From IMG/VR virus record IMGVR_UViG_3300030329_002891: DNA of 64,000 nt; one strand, 5' to 3'. This DNA is from an uncultured virus (IMG/VR IMGVR_UViG_3300030329_002891). Its lineage: Duplodnaviria; Heunggongvirae; Uroviricota; Caudoviricetes. Both the position numbers and the translations under genes were made by a program. Of this stretch, positions 44,632 to 57,400 are shown one piece after another (within the stretch, counting starts at the first letter, position 1; the number at the start of each line of letters is the position of its first letter). The notes beneath the pieces were generated by a model, which was not told the origin of the DNA, searched no databases, and saw only the letters and a program-made list of their open reading frames with translations.

Positions 44632-46448
44632 TGAAAGTATCTCAAAAAGAAATATACAATTATTTAATTAGCAAAGGACTTTCTCGTAATCATGCTTTAG
44701 GTATGCTTGCTAATATAAAAGCTGAAAGTAGTTTTGATCCTGGAATATTAGGAGATAATAATACATCTGGAGGATTGTTTCAACATCATGATGGCGAAGT
44801 TAAAAGATTCACAAAAATGAAAGAATTTGTTGGTTCTGATTGGGAAACAAATTGGAAGGGACAAATAGATTTTGCTTTACAAGAAAAAGATGGTGTTAAT
44901 TATAAAAATGAATCTTTTAACAGTCCACAAGAAGCTTCAGAGTCTTTTACTATGAATTTTGAAAAACCATACTCAACTATAGAAAAGCGTAAAGAGGAAG
45001 CAAAGAAAAGATTAAGTTTTTTTGGAAAAGATTTTGAAGTAGACAAAAAAGTTGAATTTAAAAATTTACAAGGAAAAGAAATTAGTATAAAAGAAGTTCC
45101 TTATCTTATAAATCCTAGAGGTAAAATAGACGGAAAAGATGTTATAATAAAAACAGAGGATTACGAAACATATGTATTACAAGGAGATTTTACAGATACA
45201 CAAAGAGATAAATTTTATAAAGATTATTCAAATAATATTACAACAGAAAATTACTCTACACAAGATTTTACAGATGATATAAATGAAGGAAAAATATCTT
45301 ATGATTTTACAAGTCAATATAATAAAGAATTAACAGAAGCTCAAATTCAACAATATGGTGAAGATTCTGCTCCTGAAGGCCCTTTACAAACTATACAAAC
45401 AGAACAGTTAGAAGAGGAAAGTGAAGAAACTAAAATAGTAGAAGAGAAGGCAGAAACACAAGAACTACTAGAAGAAACTAAACTTTTACCATCTGGAACA
45501 TATACGGATGCTGAAGGTAATCTTTGGAGAAAAGGAACAGAAGGAGGATGGCAGGTTAAATATAATAAAGCTACTCAAGAAAAAGGAGCTCCTACGGTAG
45601 ATGAATTTGGCGTGCCTTCTTTTAAAATGGAGTACGACTATGAAAAAGATTGGACCACATTAGATGCAGAAGATCCATTGCTTTCAGATGCGGGAGCATT
45701 TGAAAATCAACTTAGTGCATTTCAAGGGGATGTAGAAAATTTACCATCAACAATTACTGAGGAGGATAAGCCAGAACTAACTAATTTACAAAAAGCAGGT
45801 CAAGTAGGAACAACACTATTAGAAGGGGCTAGTAAAGCGTTAGACTATATTGGTGGGCCTGGAGCCATAGTTTCTTACATAATGGGTAAGAAAGGTTTAA
45901 AAGAAGCTATGAAAGAAGTGCAACCGCAAGGAAGTGCTGAGTTATCTCCAATGTTTATGCAACATTTAAGACAAACAAGAGAGCTTGCAAAGAAAGGTTT
46001 TCATCCAGATCAGGCTAGAAAAATAAGAAAAGGAATAGACGCTGCTTATCAAAAAGGATTAGATGATGCTGTAAGAGGTACTGGAGGAGATAGAGCAAAA
46101 TACTTAGCGCAATCTGGAATACTAGATGCGAAAAGATCATCTGCATTATTAAACTTTGCTGCAAAAGATGCAGAATTACAAAAAGCTAACGCAGATAAAT
46201 ATGAAAAAATAATGATGTTCAAAGAAAACTTTGACATAACACAGACAGAAAAAGAAAGAACAGAAGACATGGAAAGACAATTAGCAAAAAAGAAAGCAGC
46301 AACTGAATTTACCTCAGCAGCATTTTCTAATGTAATTTCTGGATTAGGAGGATCAAATTCTAATTCGGCAATCATACAGCAAATGATGAATAGATATACA
46401 GGAGGATCAGGAGGTACAAATTTATTTAATAGAATAGATAAAAAATAA
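44631..46448 (+). CDS. Cargo protein with an N-terminal phage tail lysozyme domain (likely start 44631)
   Basis: YLISKGLSRNHALGMLANIKAESSFDP...GGLFQH...GQIDF...FTMNFEKP. Confidence 0.75.
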   Translation: MKVSQKEIYNYLISKGLSRNHALGMLANIKAESSFDPGILGDNNTSGGLFQHHDGEVKRFTKMKEFVGSDWETNWKGQIDFALQEKDGVNYKNESFNSPQEASESFTMNFEKPYSTIEKRKEEAKKRLSFFGKDFEVDKKVEFKNLQGKEISIKEVPYLINPRGKIDGKDVIIKTEDYETYVLQGDFTDTQRDKFYKDYSNNITTENYSTQDFTDDINEGKISYDFTSQYNKELTEAQIQQYGEDSAPEGPLQTIQTEQLEEESEETKIVEEKAETQELLEETKLLPSGTYTDAEGNLWRKGTEGGWQVKYNKATQEKGAPTVDEFGVPSFKMEYDYEKDWTTLDAEDPLLSDAGAFENQLSAFQGDVENLPSTITEEDKPELTNLQKAGQVGTTLLEGASKALDYIGGPGAIVSYIMGKKGLKEAMKEVQPQGSAELSPMFMQHLRQTRELAKKGFHPDQARKIRKGIDAAYQKGLDDAVRGTGGDRAKYLAQSGILDAKRSSALLNFAAKDAELQKANADKYEKIMMFKENFDITQTEKERTEDMERQLAKKKAATEFTSAAFSNVISGLGGSNSNSAIIQQMMNRYTGGSGGTNLFNRIDKK

Positions 46449-48482
46449 TGGGAATAGACTACGGATTTTTTGAAGCCTTGACTGGACCTATGAAAACAGC
46501 AGGCGCAATACAAGATAACAGGGATCAACAAAAAATGCAACAGCTTCAATTATTACAACAACAACGTAATATGGAGTTGCAGCAATTAGACAAGCAAAAA
46601 CAACAACAACAGCAATTAAACGTAGCTACTAATGCTGCAATGCAAGATTTGTTTACTAAAAATAATTTTTCTAGACAAAAAGACATTGATGATTTTAGAT
46701 CATGGCATGCAACGTCTTCTGGTTGGGAAGAGATAAAAAATGTTATAGCACAAGCTGGCTCTGTAGATAATGCCAGATTAAATTATAACCTAGATTATTT
46801 AATGCAAGAATATTATGCTAATTTAAAAGACAATCCTGTATCAAGAAGAGCTAATAAAAATAAAGCTGCTTTAGAACTGTATCACTCTTTTGATTTAGAT
46901 AAAGCTAAAAACAGCAAACTAATAACTAGTGGAGCAAGAAAAAGATACGCTGATTTTGTTGGGGGTAAAACAGATAATTTTATATTTAATGGAGCTAGAA
47001 ATGATTATTTAGGTGAAATTACTAAAGGTCGTAGTATGGCTGACAATATAAATATAGATGATGTTATTGCAAGTAACTATAGTTCTATTATAGTTGACAT
47101 GGTTAATGATCAAAACCCTGCTGATCCACAAGCTTATATGCAAAGTTTAGACGATCAAGATATAAGAGATTGGGTAACAAAAGAATTAAATTATATGGAG
47201 TCTGGAGNNNNNNNNNNTAAGTTACTTTGGAGATAAAGCCGTATATGGAGAAAAAGAAATAGATACTGAATTTTCAACTGAATTAGTTAGATCTATTGAT
47301 GCTACTAATAAAACTCAAGTATATACAGGAGATGATTGGTTTAAATTTAAAGATAATGGAATTTCATTTAATAATGTATTTGACGAAAGTGTAGGTATTG
47401 AATGGGATAGATTAGGAGGTTATGATAAAAGTTCTGAAATGAAAAGTTATAAAGGTCTAAAAGCTCCATTTGCTAAGAATAGACAAGTAGTCGGTTCTGG
47501 TAGAATATTTGCATATAATAAAGGTTTAGAAGATCAGATAACACAGGCTTGGGCTGGTAATTATAACGATGAAGGTAAAACTCCTAAATACAATTCTAAA
47601 AATCGTCAAGTGTATGACGTAGACATGTTAGGTCTTTATGATTCTTATGGTCATAAAATACAAGATCAAGATATAGGTTCATATTGGATTACAGGAAAAG
47701 ATATGTGGCAAGAATCAGAAAATGATGATTTAAGATTAACTGGTTATCATATAGCATTAGAAGGCAAAAATGCCGATGGAGATTCTTTTTTACTTACAGA
47801 TGTAACTAATAAAAAAGATCTAGCTAAAATGAGAGAGCAATATGCCAATACTAAATTTGATTATGTTATTGTAGCAGAGCTTATAGATGATGATGCATGG
47901 ACTCATGATGATGCTTATTATAAAAAGGTTGATTTAGGAGACGCAACTATACAATCTTTTATAAATCAAAATATACCTAGCGAAAATTTAAATAATGTTA
48001 AAAAGCAAATGATAAATTACGAACAAGAGGTTAATTTAAATAAATTATCTGAAAAACGTAAAATATCTAATTCTTTAAAGTTGCAAAAACAAATGAATCT
48101 TCCTGATAATGCTGCTTTAGATCAAGTAATTAATGCTTACGATCAAAGCTTAACAGTAGGACTTGGTACGGCAGGTGTAAATTCTTCTAAAATTCAACAA
48201 GCATTACCTATGATAATTTCAGATTTATTTGTACTTTCACGTCAAGAAAGAGCTTATCCTCATAGTTTTGGTGATGGAACTGTAGCTAATAATTCTTCTG
48301 AGTATATGGCTTATTCAGCAAGAAGATTAAAATCAGGATTAATTAACGATCCTAATTTTGCAGAAATGTTAAATTCTATACAGGAGGGTAATTATAATGT
48401 ATATAGTCAATCAACTATGAATAATACAATGTATAAGCAAAGCAAAAGAATAAGCAAACTTATCTCTAAATATCAAAGATAA
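46448..48482 (+). CDS. Cargo protein; probably one gene split by the 10-N assembly gap
   Basis: N run at 47208-47217; the frame of the 47439 ORF is open from the gap onward (SYFGDKAVYGEKEIDTEF...). Confidence 0.65.
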
Positions 48483-51400
48483 TGGCAGATAATGAATATA
48501 CTTCAGGCCTAAATATACTTTTAGGTAATAGAGCAAATACTGGACAGGTTCAGCCACAGTCTCCAGAAAAAGATATACAAGATCAATATGATAGCGGAAT
48601 GTCTGGATTAGAAAGTTTAATTCAGGGCGCGCCTGCGGGAGCAGTAGAAAACACTACATTAGATAGATATGCGTTAGGTCAAGCTGCTAGCGGTATGGCT
48701 GCAGATGAATATAGTAAATTAGATGAGTTATCATATGGAAGCGCACCACAACAACAAATAGTTGATCCAGCTGAAATGATTAGCTCCCCTGGACAAAGAG
48801 TAGAAAGGGGATTAAAAGCAGGTTGGGGTGATTTGGTAAAAGGTACGGGAGATATGGTAAACTTTATGAATGCTTGGGTAAAACCTGGAGATCCAGATCC
48901 GTCAACACCTATCGGTGAATATCTTAAAAAAGTAGGGACAGAATTTCAAAATGAAAACGCATTAATATTATCAGAAGATCTACAAGACATTACATTTAGA
49001 GACATGCTGAGGGGAGAGTTTTGGAACTCTAAAATTTCTAGATTAGTTCCTTACGCTATGTCTTTTATAGTTCCTTATGGTGTGGGGGCCAGCATAGGTA
49101 GAGGGGCGGCAGGAATGTTAGGAAAATGGGGGGCAAAAACATTAAAGTCAGTATCTAAAGCAGATAAATCTAGAACATTTATGGGGATGCCTGTAGGTAC
49201 TATGGGTAAGGGCGTAGGAATGGGAAGTAGCGGAAGACAAGGTTCTGGTCTTTTAGGTTTTATTGCTAAAGATTTAGGAAAAAAAGGAATAGCGCCAACT
49301 AAAAAATTAAGAGATTTAGGAGGTTTTGTTGGGGGTGGTTTTGGAGCAAATATGGCAGAAGGAGCTTATTTATCTGGAGAAGCATATACAGAAATGCTTA
49401 ATGAAACAGATGAAAACGGAAATAAATTATTTACCCCAGACGAAGCGGCTTCTCATGCAGCAGGCGTTATGGGAGATAATTTAAAATGGGTTGCTGTAGA
49501 TGCATTACAATATGGTGTTTTGTTTGGGGGTTTAGGAAAAAACATGGCAAGAAGATTAGTTTCAAGCCCTGCACAAAAAGAACCTTTTAAACTAAGCGTA
49601 AAAGGATTAACAGATTTTGCAGTAAGAAAAGCACTTCCATTAATGCCTGCTGGAGCTGCATATGCAAGCGTAGAGGGAATAACAGAAGGTATACAAGAAA
49701 CATATCAAGAGTGGATAAAATACACCGCTATACAAGAAGCTAAAGGAGAGGATTACGAAACGTTAACTGATTGGGTAAAAGATGGTGATGGCGTAAGACC
49801 AGAAATAAGAGATTTATTTTGGTCTGCTGTAGGATTAGGAGCGGCAATGGGTGGTTCTAGAGGTTTTTACGATGCTAATGCAGAAAGGCAAAAAATGTTA
49901 GATGAAAAAATAGATTTGCTAAATAATAATGCAAAAATGCTAGATGACGCAAAAACTTTAGATGAGCAATATGAAGCGGAAGAGCGTATGTTTGATAACG
50001 TTATAGGCTTTAACGTTTGGAATTATGATGGAGACGGATCTATTTCTGTTGAATATATAAACAATTTAGTTAAAGACGGAAAAAGATCACAAGAATGGGC
50101 TGATGGAAAAATTAAAGACGTAGAGCAGTTAGAGAAAAATTTTGAAAAACATTCTATAAATAGTATATTAACAGAATCTGGAGCTAAAGCAGCATTTTTT
50201 AAAGAAACTAGAAAAACAAAAAAGTTAAAAGAAATAGAAATAGAAAAAGCTATTTACGAAAAAGATAAATCTATTATAAATGAAACTTATGAAAATTCAA
50301 AAGAAAGAGAAGAAAAACTAGCAGTATTAAAAGAAAATCATTCTATTGTTATAAAGGAAAAGCAAGAAGAATTAGACATCCTTAAAACAGAACTACAGGA
50401 CATATATACTTTAAGAATGGATAAAGCTCCTATTGCTAAAAAAACAGGCAAGCGAGACGCTAGGTTTAAAAAGCAAGGATTGACTAAAGAGCAGATGCAA
50501 GAGTATTCTCAAGAGGCAGTAGCAGAAAAAGAAAGATTAGAAAAGGGTGATTTTACTAAAGAAGAAAGAGAACAGAAATTATATGAACTAGCTGAAACTG
50601 ATAAATCATTTAAAGATTGGAAGGCTGATTTAGAAAAAGAACAAGGAGAGGGGTTTTTAGATCAATTTGATAATAAGTACGTAATGGATAAATTAAATCC
50701 TTCTATTGCTAAAAAGACAGTTGATACAGTTAAAGAATTAGGAACTAAAGCGTTTGAAACAGCTAAAGATTTAGGAGGTAAAGCTGCAGAAGGAGTTAAA
50801 GGATTGTTTACCAAAACAAAAGAAGTAGTAACATCTGAAGAAACAAAAAAAGAAGTAAAAAGTAATTTAGATAAAGCTAAAAATTGGGTAGAAAAGAATT
50901 TAGAATCTTCAAAAGAAGCAATTTCAGAAGTAATAGAAAAAGCTAAAAAAGAAGGTAAGACGGCTAAGGATGTTATTAAAGAGCTTAGAGTGGGGAAAAA
51001 ATTAAAAGGAGCTACAAAGCAAGTTTATGATGCTATTGAGAAATTTGCTGCCGCTAGAATAGCAGACAAAGAAGGCAAGACATGGCCTGAATTTATTAAA
51101 GGAATGTTTACTACACCTCAAGAAGGTGTAAAAAAAAAAGACCAAAAAAGAATAGTTCCTAAAACTAAAGACTATCAAAAACAAGAAGAATCTTTACAAG
51201 AAGGTCCGCGTCAGATAAAAAAAGCTGATATATCAAAAGGACCAGGAAACACCTATATTATTAAAACTCCAGAAGGAGATATTAGATACAAAGACTTTGA
51301 AGGGGCTTCAGATAAATATGTATTAGGAGAGGACACTGATATTGAATTGCGTCTTAAAAAACCAATCAAAGGTCAAGAAAATGTTGTTGAGGTTGATGGT

Positions 51401-54400
51401 AAATTATATTTTCAATTTAAAAAAGATGCATCTTTATACGAAAGCGAAATAGAAGTTGTTGCTAAAGGAGAAGTAATAGGTAAAGTAGCGCAACAAGACT
51501 ATAAAGCTAAAGGCCCTACTAAAAGAGCTAAGAAAGCAGATAAACGTGCTATAGATAAAATAATAGCAGGAGTTAAAGACACTAAAGAAAATATTAAAAA
51601 ACTACTTAGCAAGTCATTTAAAGACCATCCACAATTAGAAATAACACAAGTAAATAGTAATCATAATCTTTATTATGAAAGCGGATCTTATGCAAGCGCT
51701 AAAGTAGAAGAAATAATACAAAAGAAATTTCCTGGCAAAAGAGGTTATGTAATAAATAAACGACTAACAGATGATTACGGCAACGAAGTTACAGCATATG
51801 CTATAGGATCTGTTGTATTAATTAATGAGGATAGCGTTAATCAATCTGATATAATACACGAAACAGGACACATTTACTATTCGGTAATGAAGAATACTCC
51901 TTTAATGAAAAGGATTAGAAAGCTTCTTTATAAAACTAAATTGTATGAAGATACCAAAATGGAATATCCTGAATTAATATTATTTAATTATAAAGGAGAT
52001 AAAGTTACACTGGGTAATATATATGAAAATATACTTACAGAGATAAATAGAGATGAAAATATAGCAGGTGATTTAAAAGATATTGTTATAGAGATGAGTG
52101 ATGTGCAAGGTGTAAATGATGCGAGATTTAACGAACTGTTTAATGAATTAAGAATACAATTAAAGTCTAAAGGATATAAAGAAAGTAGGGTAGACTTACA
52201 AGAACATTTAATAGAAGAAACATTTACTAGAACTTTAGAGGCTTATTCTTATGGTACAGCAGATGCCGTATTAAAAGGATCTAAAGCTCAACAGCAATTA
52301 AGAAAAGACTTAATAGAGTTTTATAAAGAAAGTAAAAAACTAGCTACAGAAGAAGAAGCTAGAGATCTACTAACACTATCTGTAGATAATGTACCTACTC
52401 TAAGTTTAGAAGCAGCTATAAAGCACGTATTGCTTGATTTCTCTTCAGCAGATAGAACATCTCCTAAAGTAGAAAACTCTGGTTATGCTGGAGGTAAAAG
52501 AGCTAAGAAAAGCAGAAAACAAAAAGTAACTAGTCGTAGCGCTATATATGCTTATATAAGTAATTATACAGGGCGTAACCTTACAGATCAGCAAATTACT
52601 GATAGAGTTTTAAAAGATATAGAGAAGGATGGTAAATTAATATTAGAAGATTCAAAAATAGTAGAAGGATATATTAAGGCTGTAGTTACACAAAAAAGAA
52701 GAATGCAAGAGTTTAATAATATAGGAGAATTATTCAAAACTCAAGAAGATGAAGTAGACGATAATCAAACTGTAGATTATGATGAAGAAACTAAAAATTT
52801 AGGTGTATCTAAAAGCTTGTCTCAATTCTTTAGAAATATTATAAAATTACATAATGCTAAGAATCCTGACGCTTTAATGGATAAAAGAGATTTAATGTAT
52901 AATCTTATGGCGTTAGCAAAAGAATCAATGAATGATCCTTATACATTTTATGATAGAGTAAGAAATCATGATAATACTAATATTCAATCTATGTTAAGAG
53001 AATTGGATAGTCAGTTTAAAAATGATAAGGCTTTAACTAATGCTTTGTTATTACAAGTACAATCTCCTTTAGAAGGAATTAATATAGAAACATTATCACA
53101 TGGTGCTTTACAGTTTTTTAAAGATAAATATGGTAATGTTAAAAAACGATGGAAAAAGCATAGAACTATAAATAAAAGCGTAGAGGGATCTGCAATAAAC
53201 ACTATTATGAAAGATGTTAAAGATAATGGTAATAAAGTTGCACAAGATATAGCCGATGTTTATAATGAATTATTTAGCAAACGTAATCCTGATAGTTTAA
53301 AAGATAGATATGCTGCTGCTCAAAAAATATTAGATATTATATTAGACGATAGTGGTAAAGGTAAATATGTCTATAAACAGGCCCTATTACAAAATAGAAT
53401 TAACTTTAAAGGAGAACGAGATTTTTTACATAATATTTTATTTAACTATACAAAAAAGTTTGGAACTACTATATTAGATAATCCGTCCTTTATGCCTTTT
53501 GATAAAACAAAGCAAAAATTTATACCAGCAGTTAAAACTCAATTTGGAAATATTTTAGAACCTTATGCATGGATAGGAGACAAGCAAGGAGAATTAAGAG
53601 CTATTTTAACAGAAGGACTTATTTATTCTAGACCTTATAATTACTTATCTATGGTGGATAATGTACAGCAAGATGGTGTAAGTATATTTAATAAAGAAAA
53701 TAGTTTACACAACAGAATGAAGAATATTGCTGAGGTAGTTCAGAATGAAATAACTATTAGCGAGAATGATATTATGCATCCTGATAATAATATCTATACG
53801 TCCATGCTTTATAAACTAAAAGCAGATGGAGAATTAGCGAATAGAAAAGGAGAAGTTTTTACTAATCCATTTAATCTAACAATAAACTCTGGGCTAATGA
53901 GAAGATTTATAGGAGAAGTAAAAGATCCTGCGTCTTTAGAAATGGCTAACACTTTAAATGATTTAACTCCTACAGAATTATTAGCATATGATTTCTTTTC
54001 ATTTTTATCAAAATATAATGAAGGCATTAAGAATAAAAAAGAAACAATTACATATGACCAGCCTATTGCTGTATTTTCAGATAAAAGCAGAAGGTATTAT
54101 ATAGAAAGTATTATAGCTCATAACGATAAGAATAGAAAATTGTTATTATCTAAAATAAAAAATAATCCACGTTATAATGCTACTTATAAAAACGGAAAAG
54201 ATAAAGTATTCCCTTTTACTATTACTAATAATAAAATAGAAGGTATAGATGGGGCGGTTGTAAAGTTTAAAAAATATATAAAAGATAATAAAGAGTTATT
54301 TCAAAATAACGAAGACTTTAATGAAACTAAAAATGTTGATGCTGCACTAGAAGCTTACTATACATCTTATATTGCAAATAGATTCATGGCTCAACAATTA

Positions 54401-57400
54401 TTTGTAGCAGATCATATTCAAACTAAAGATCAAATAGATTATATAAAAAGAGCCGCTGGTTCTATAGCTGGACATACAGTATATGATAGAAATATAATGG
54501 TAGAGCCTGTTATAATAAAAGATTATTATAAAGATGGAGCTATTGAAAATGATGCTATGGGATATGTATTACCTAATCAAGCACAAGCTATAACAAGTAA
54601 ATATGGAGTTGTGCAAAAAGTAGGTAGTGTATTTAAGTTTGTGTATAACTATACAGAGATGGAGGGCAAGCATAAAGGCAAGAGTACATATCTAAAGTTT
54701 GCTGTACATGTTATTACTCCAAAGATGGAATCTGAAAATGCTCATATGAAAAACATAGCAGATGTATTAAGAGCAAGACAAGAAAGAGTGAATAAAATTT
54801 CTGGAGATCCAAGCAATTTAGTTATAGCAGCTTCAGAATCTGCAGCTAAAATGTTTGTAGGTGATAAAAATCATATATACGATATATCTCCTGATAACTT
54901 TAATATGGATTATATAAATGCACAGCAAGATAATTTATATATGGAAGGTGATGCTAAAAGCCAAATGTTTAAATTTAAAGGATTACATGGAGAAGGATTA
55001 GGAATACAATTAGAATTAGATAAAAAATCAGACGAAAGATTTTTCCCTTCACAATTATTTTATCACACCGCAACCAATATTAGTAACGCACAAGAACAAG
55101 CATTAGTTGATGAAATGTTTGAGCTTAGAACAGATGTAATGAATATAAATAATAAGCAAAGAAATGAAGGGCTTATTCCATTTAATAATGATAGCGTACT
55201 AAAAGAAAGAGATTTATTTAAATCTTCTATAACTGAAGATGTATATGGAAATTTAATAACCTCTATGTATGAATACACACACCCTATGTATCCTTATTTG
55301 AATGCTACACACAATTCAATGGCTACTGGACGTATTACACATAAGGGGACTAAAATGTATACTAAAGGAGCTATAGGTTATCAGTCTTCTAGTTTAGGAT
55401 ATGACTTAAAAGCTTATGAAGCTGGATTGTATGAGGGTAATGAAAAGGTGTTAGCATCAGAAGCTATTGTTCCTGAGTTTTTAGAAAAGCAAGGTGTTAA
55501 AAGAGGGGATGTGTTTATTGGGACTAGAGTTCCTGCGCATGGTAAAGTATCAAGTTCTGTATTTATAGTTAAAGATTTTCACGATCAAGTTCCAGGATCC
55601 GCTTCTGCTACATCTAATATTACTATACCTGCTGAGGTAAGTAAAAATTGGGGTGCTGATTTAGATGGAGATTCTATACATATGAATTTTAAATGGAAAA
55701 AAGGAGCTGAATTAAATCCTACTAAAGAGCAAGCTAAAGAAACTAATAATTGGAAAACTAAATCTAATAGATTTATAGATGCATATATAGATTTAATTTC
55801 AAGAGATAAAAAAGCAGAAATAACAGCAGATATTAATTTTGAAGAAGATGCTAAAATTGCTATAAAAAAATCAAAAGACTTTTATAAAAAAGGTCAAGAT
55901 AAAAAATCTTCACAATTAACACCACTTGGAGACGCAAAAATGTTTGAAGATAATGTACCAGCAAAACATTTAGTTGGTATAATTGCTTCTTTACAAAGAA
56001 CATTTAATATAATGTCTAATAGCCAAGATGCCTTACCATTTGACATAACCATAAAAGGAGTTGATAAAAAAGTTAAAACTACAGAAACTTTTAATGACAA
56101 CAAAGAGGATAAAAATGATCCTGGCACTTGGTTTGGTGTAGCACAGCTTTTAAATATTGCATTAGATAATGCTAAATGGCAGTATGCAGGTCAGTTAGGA
56201 TTAGATATGCAAAGTGTATTTTCTTATACAATGCTTAGAAGATTAGGTTATTCATTAAATGATTTATCTGTAATGTTTAACGATCCTATAGTTAAGGATT
56301 ATATGGAGTATAAAAGATCTAAAAGTAAAAACTATATATCTAATGATAGTGAGATAAAGCAACTATTTGAAGAAAAGAGCGATTTATTTGAAAATGAATT
56401 TTTAAACTTTACTAAAAATAAAGGCATTTATGCAAACTTAAATTCTATAATGCAGCAAAAAAAGATTGATATAAATTTAAATAATTTAAAAAACTCAAAC
56501 AAAAAAATAGTAAAAACAGAACAGGGTAAAGTTTTAGCAATGATTTATTCATTAGAAAAATTTAACCAACATATAATAAATCCTTTTTCTAAGGCATTTA
56601 CAGTTCATCAAAGTATTGAAAAGAATCCAAACGAACTAAATAAAGTTAATCGTGCAATAAAAGAAGCTAGTAAGCCAAATACTAATATTCCTTTATTAGG
56701 AAAAAAGGGAATACCATATACACTAAAAGATAAAACTATTAATAATCAAATAGTAGACCACGCTACAAAACTATTTGATACAATATTAGAAAGAGCAAGT
56801 AAGACAGATATAAGATATACTCCTTATATGCAAGATATTATAGAGCATCAAGACGATCCTACGTATATACCATATACAAATATTAGACAAAGTCCAAAGG
56901 TTGATAGTCAAATTATAAATCAAATTATAATAAATGATTTAAAAAATAATATAACAGTTTTAAATGATGGTAAAAGCCCAAAAGATTTAGTAATTGAATT
57001 TAAAGATTTATTAAAAAGAAATCCTGAAAATGAATTTCTTACCAAAGTATTAGAAATAAAAACACTTAAAAATGGAAATGACGTTGTAGTCCTTAATAGT
57101 ATAGAAACAGGAGATCTTGTTTCTCAAGCTAGAATAGAGGAATTTAGAGAAGCGTTTGCTGATTTAAATACTGATGATCAAAATCTTATATTTAAATTAG
57201 AATACCAATTTAATGGATTTGGATTAACAGGTGCGTATGGATCAGCTCAATCATTTACCCCTTTCTTTAATAAAGAATATATAGAAAAAATCAATGATTG
57301 GATTCAAACAATTGTAGATAACAATCAAACTAAAGAGCCTAGCGGAACAGAGCTAAGTCAAGCAATTTCAGATATAAAAAATAAGCCACAATCTTATGAT

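Noticed and set aside
47208..47438. Apparent frameshift or split gene (46448-47236 and 47439-48482)
   Set aside because: It coincides with a 10-N scaffold gap, and the downstream frame is open from the gap, so it is an assembly artefact.
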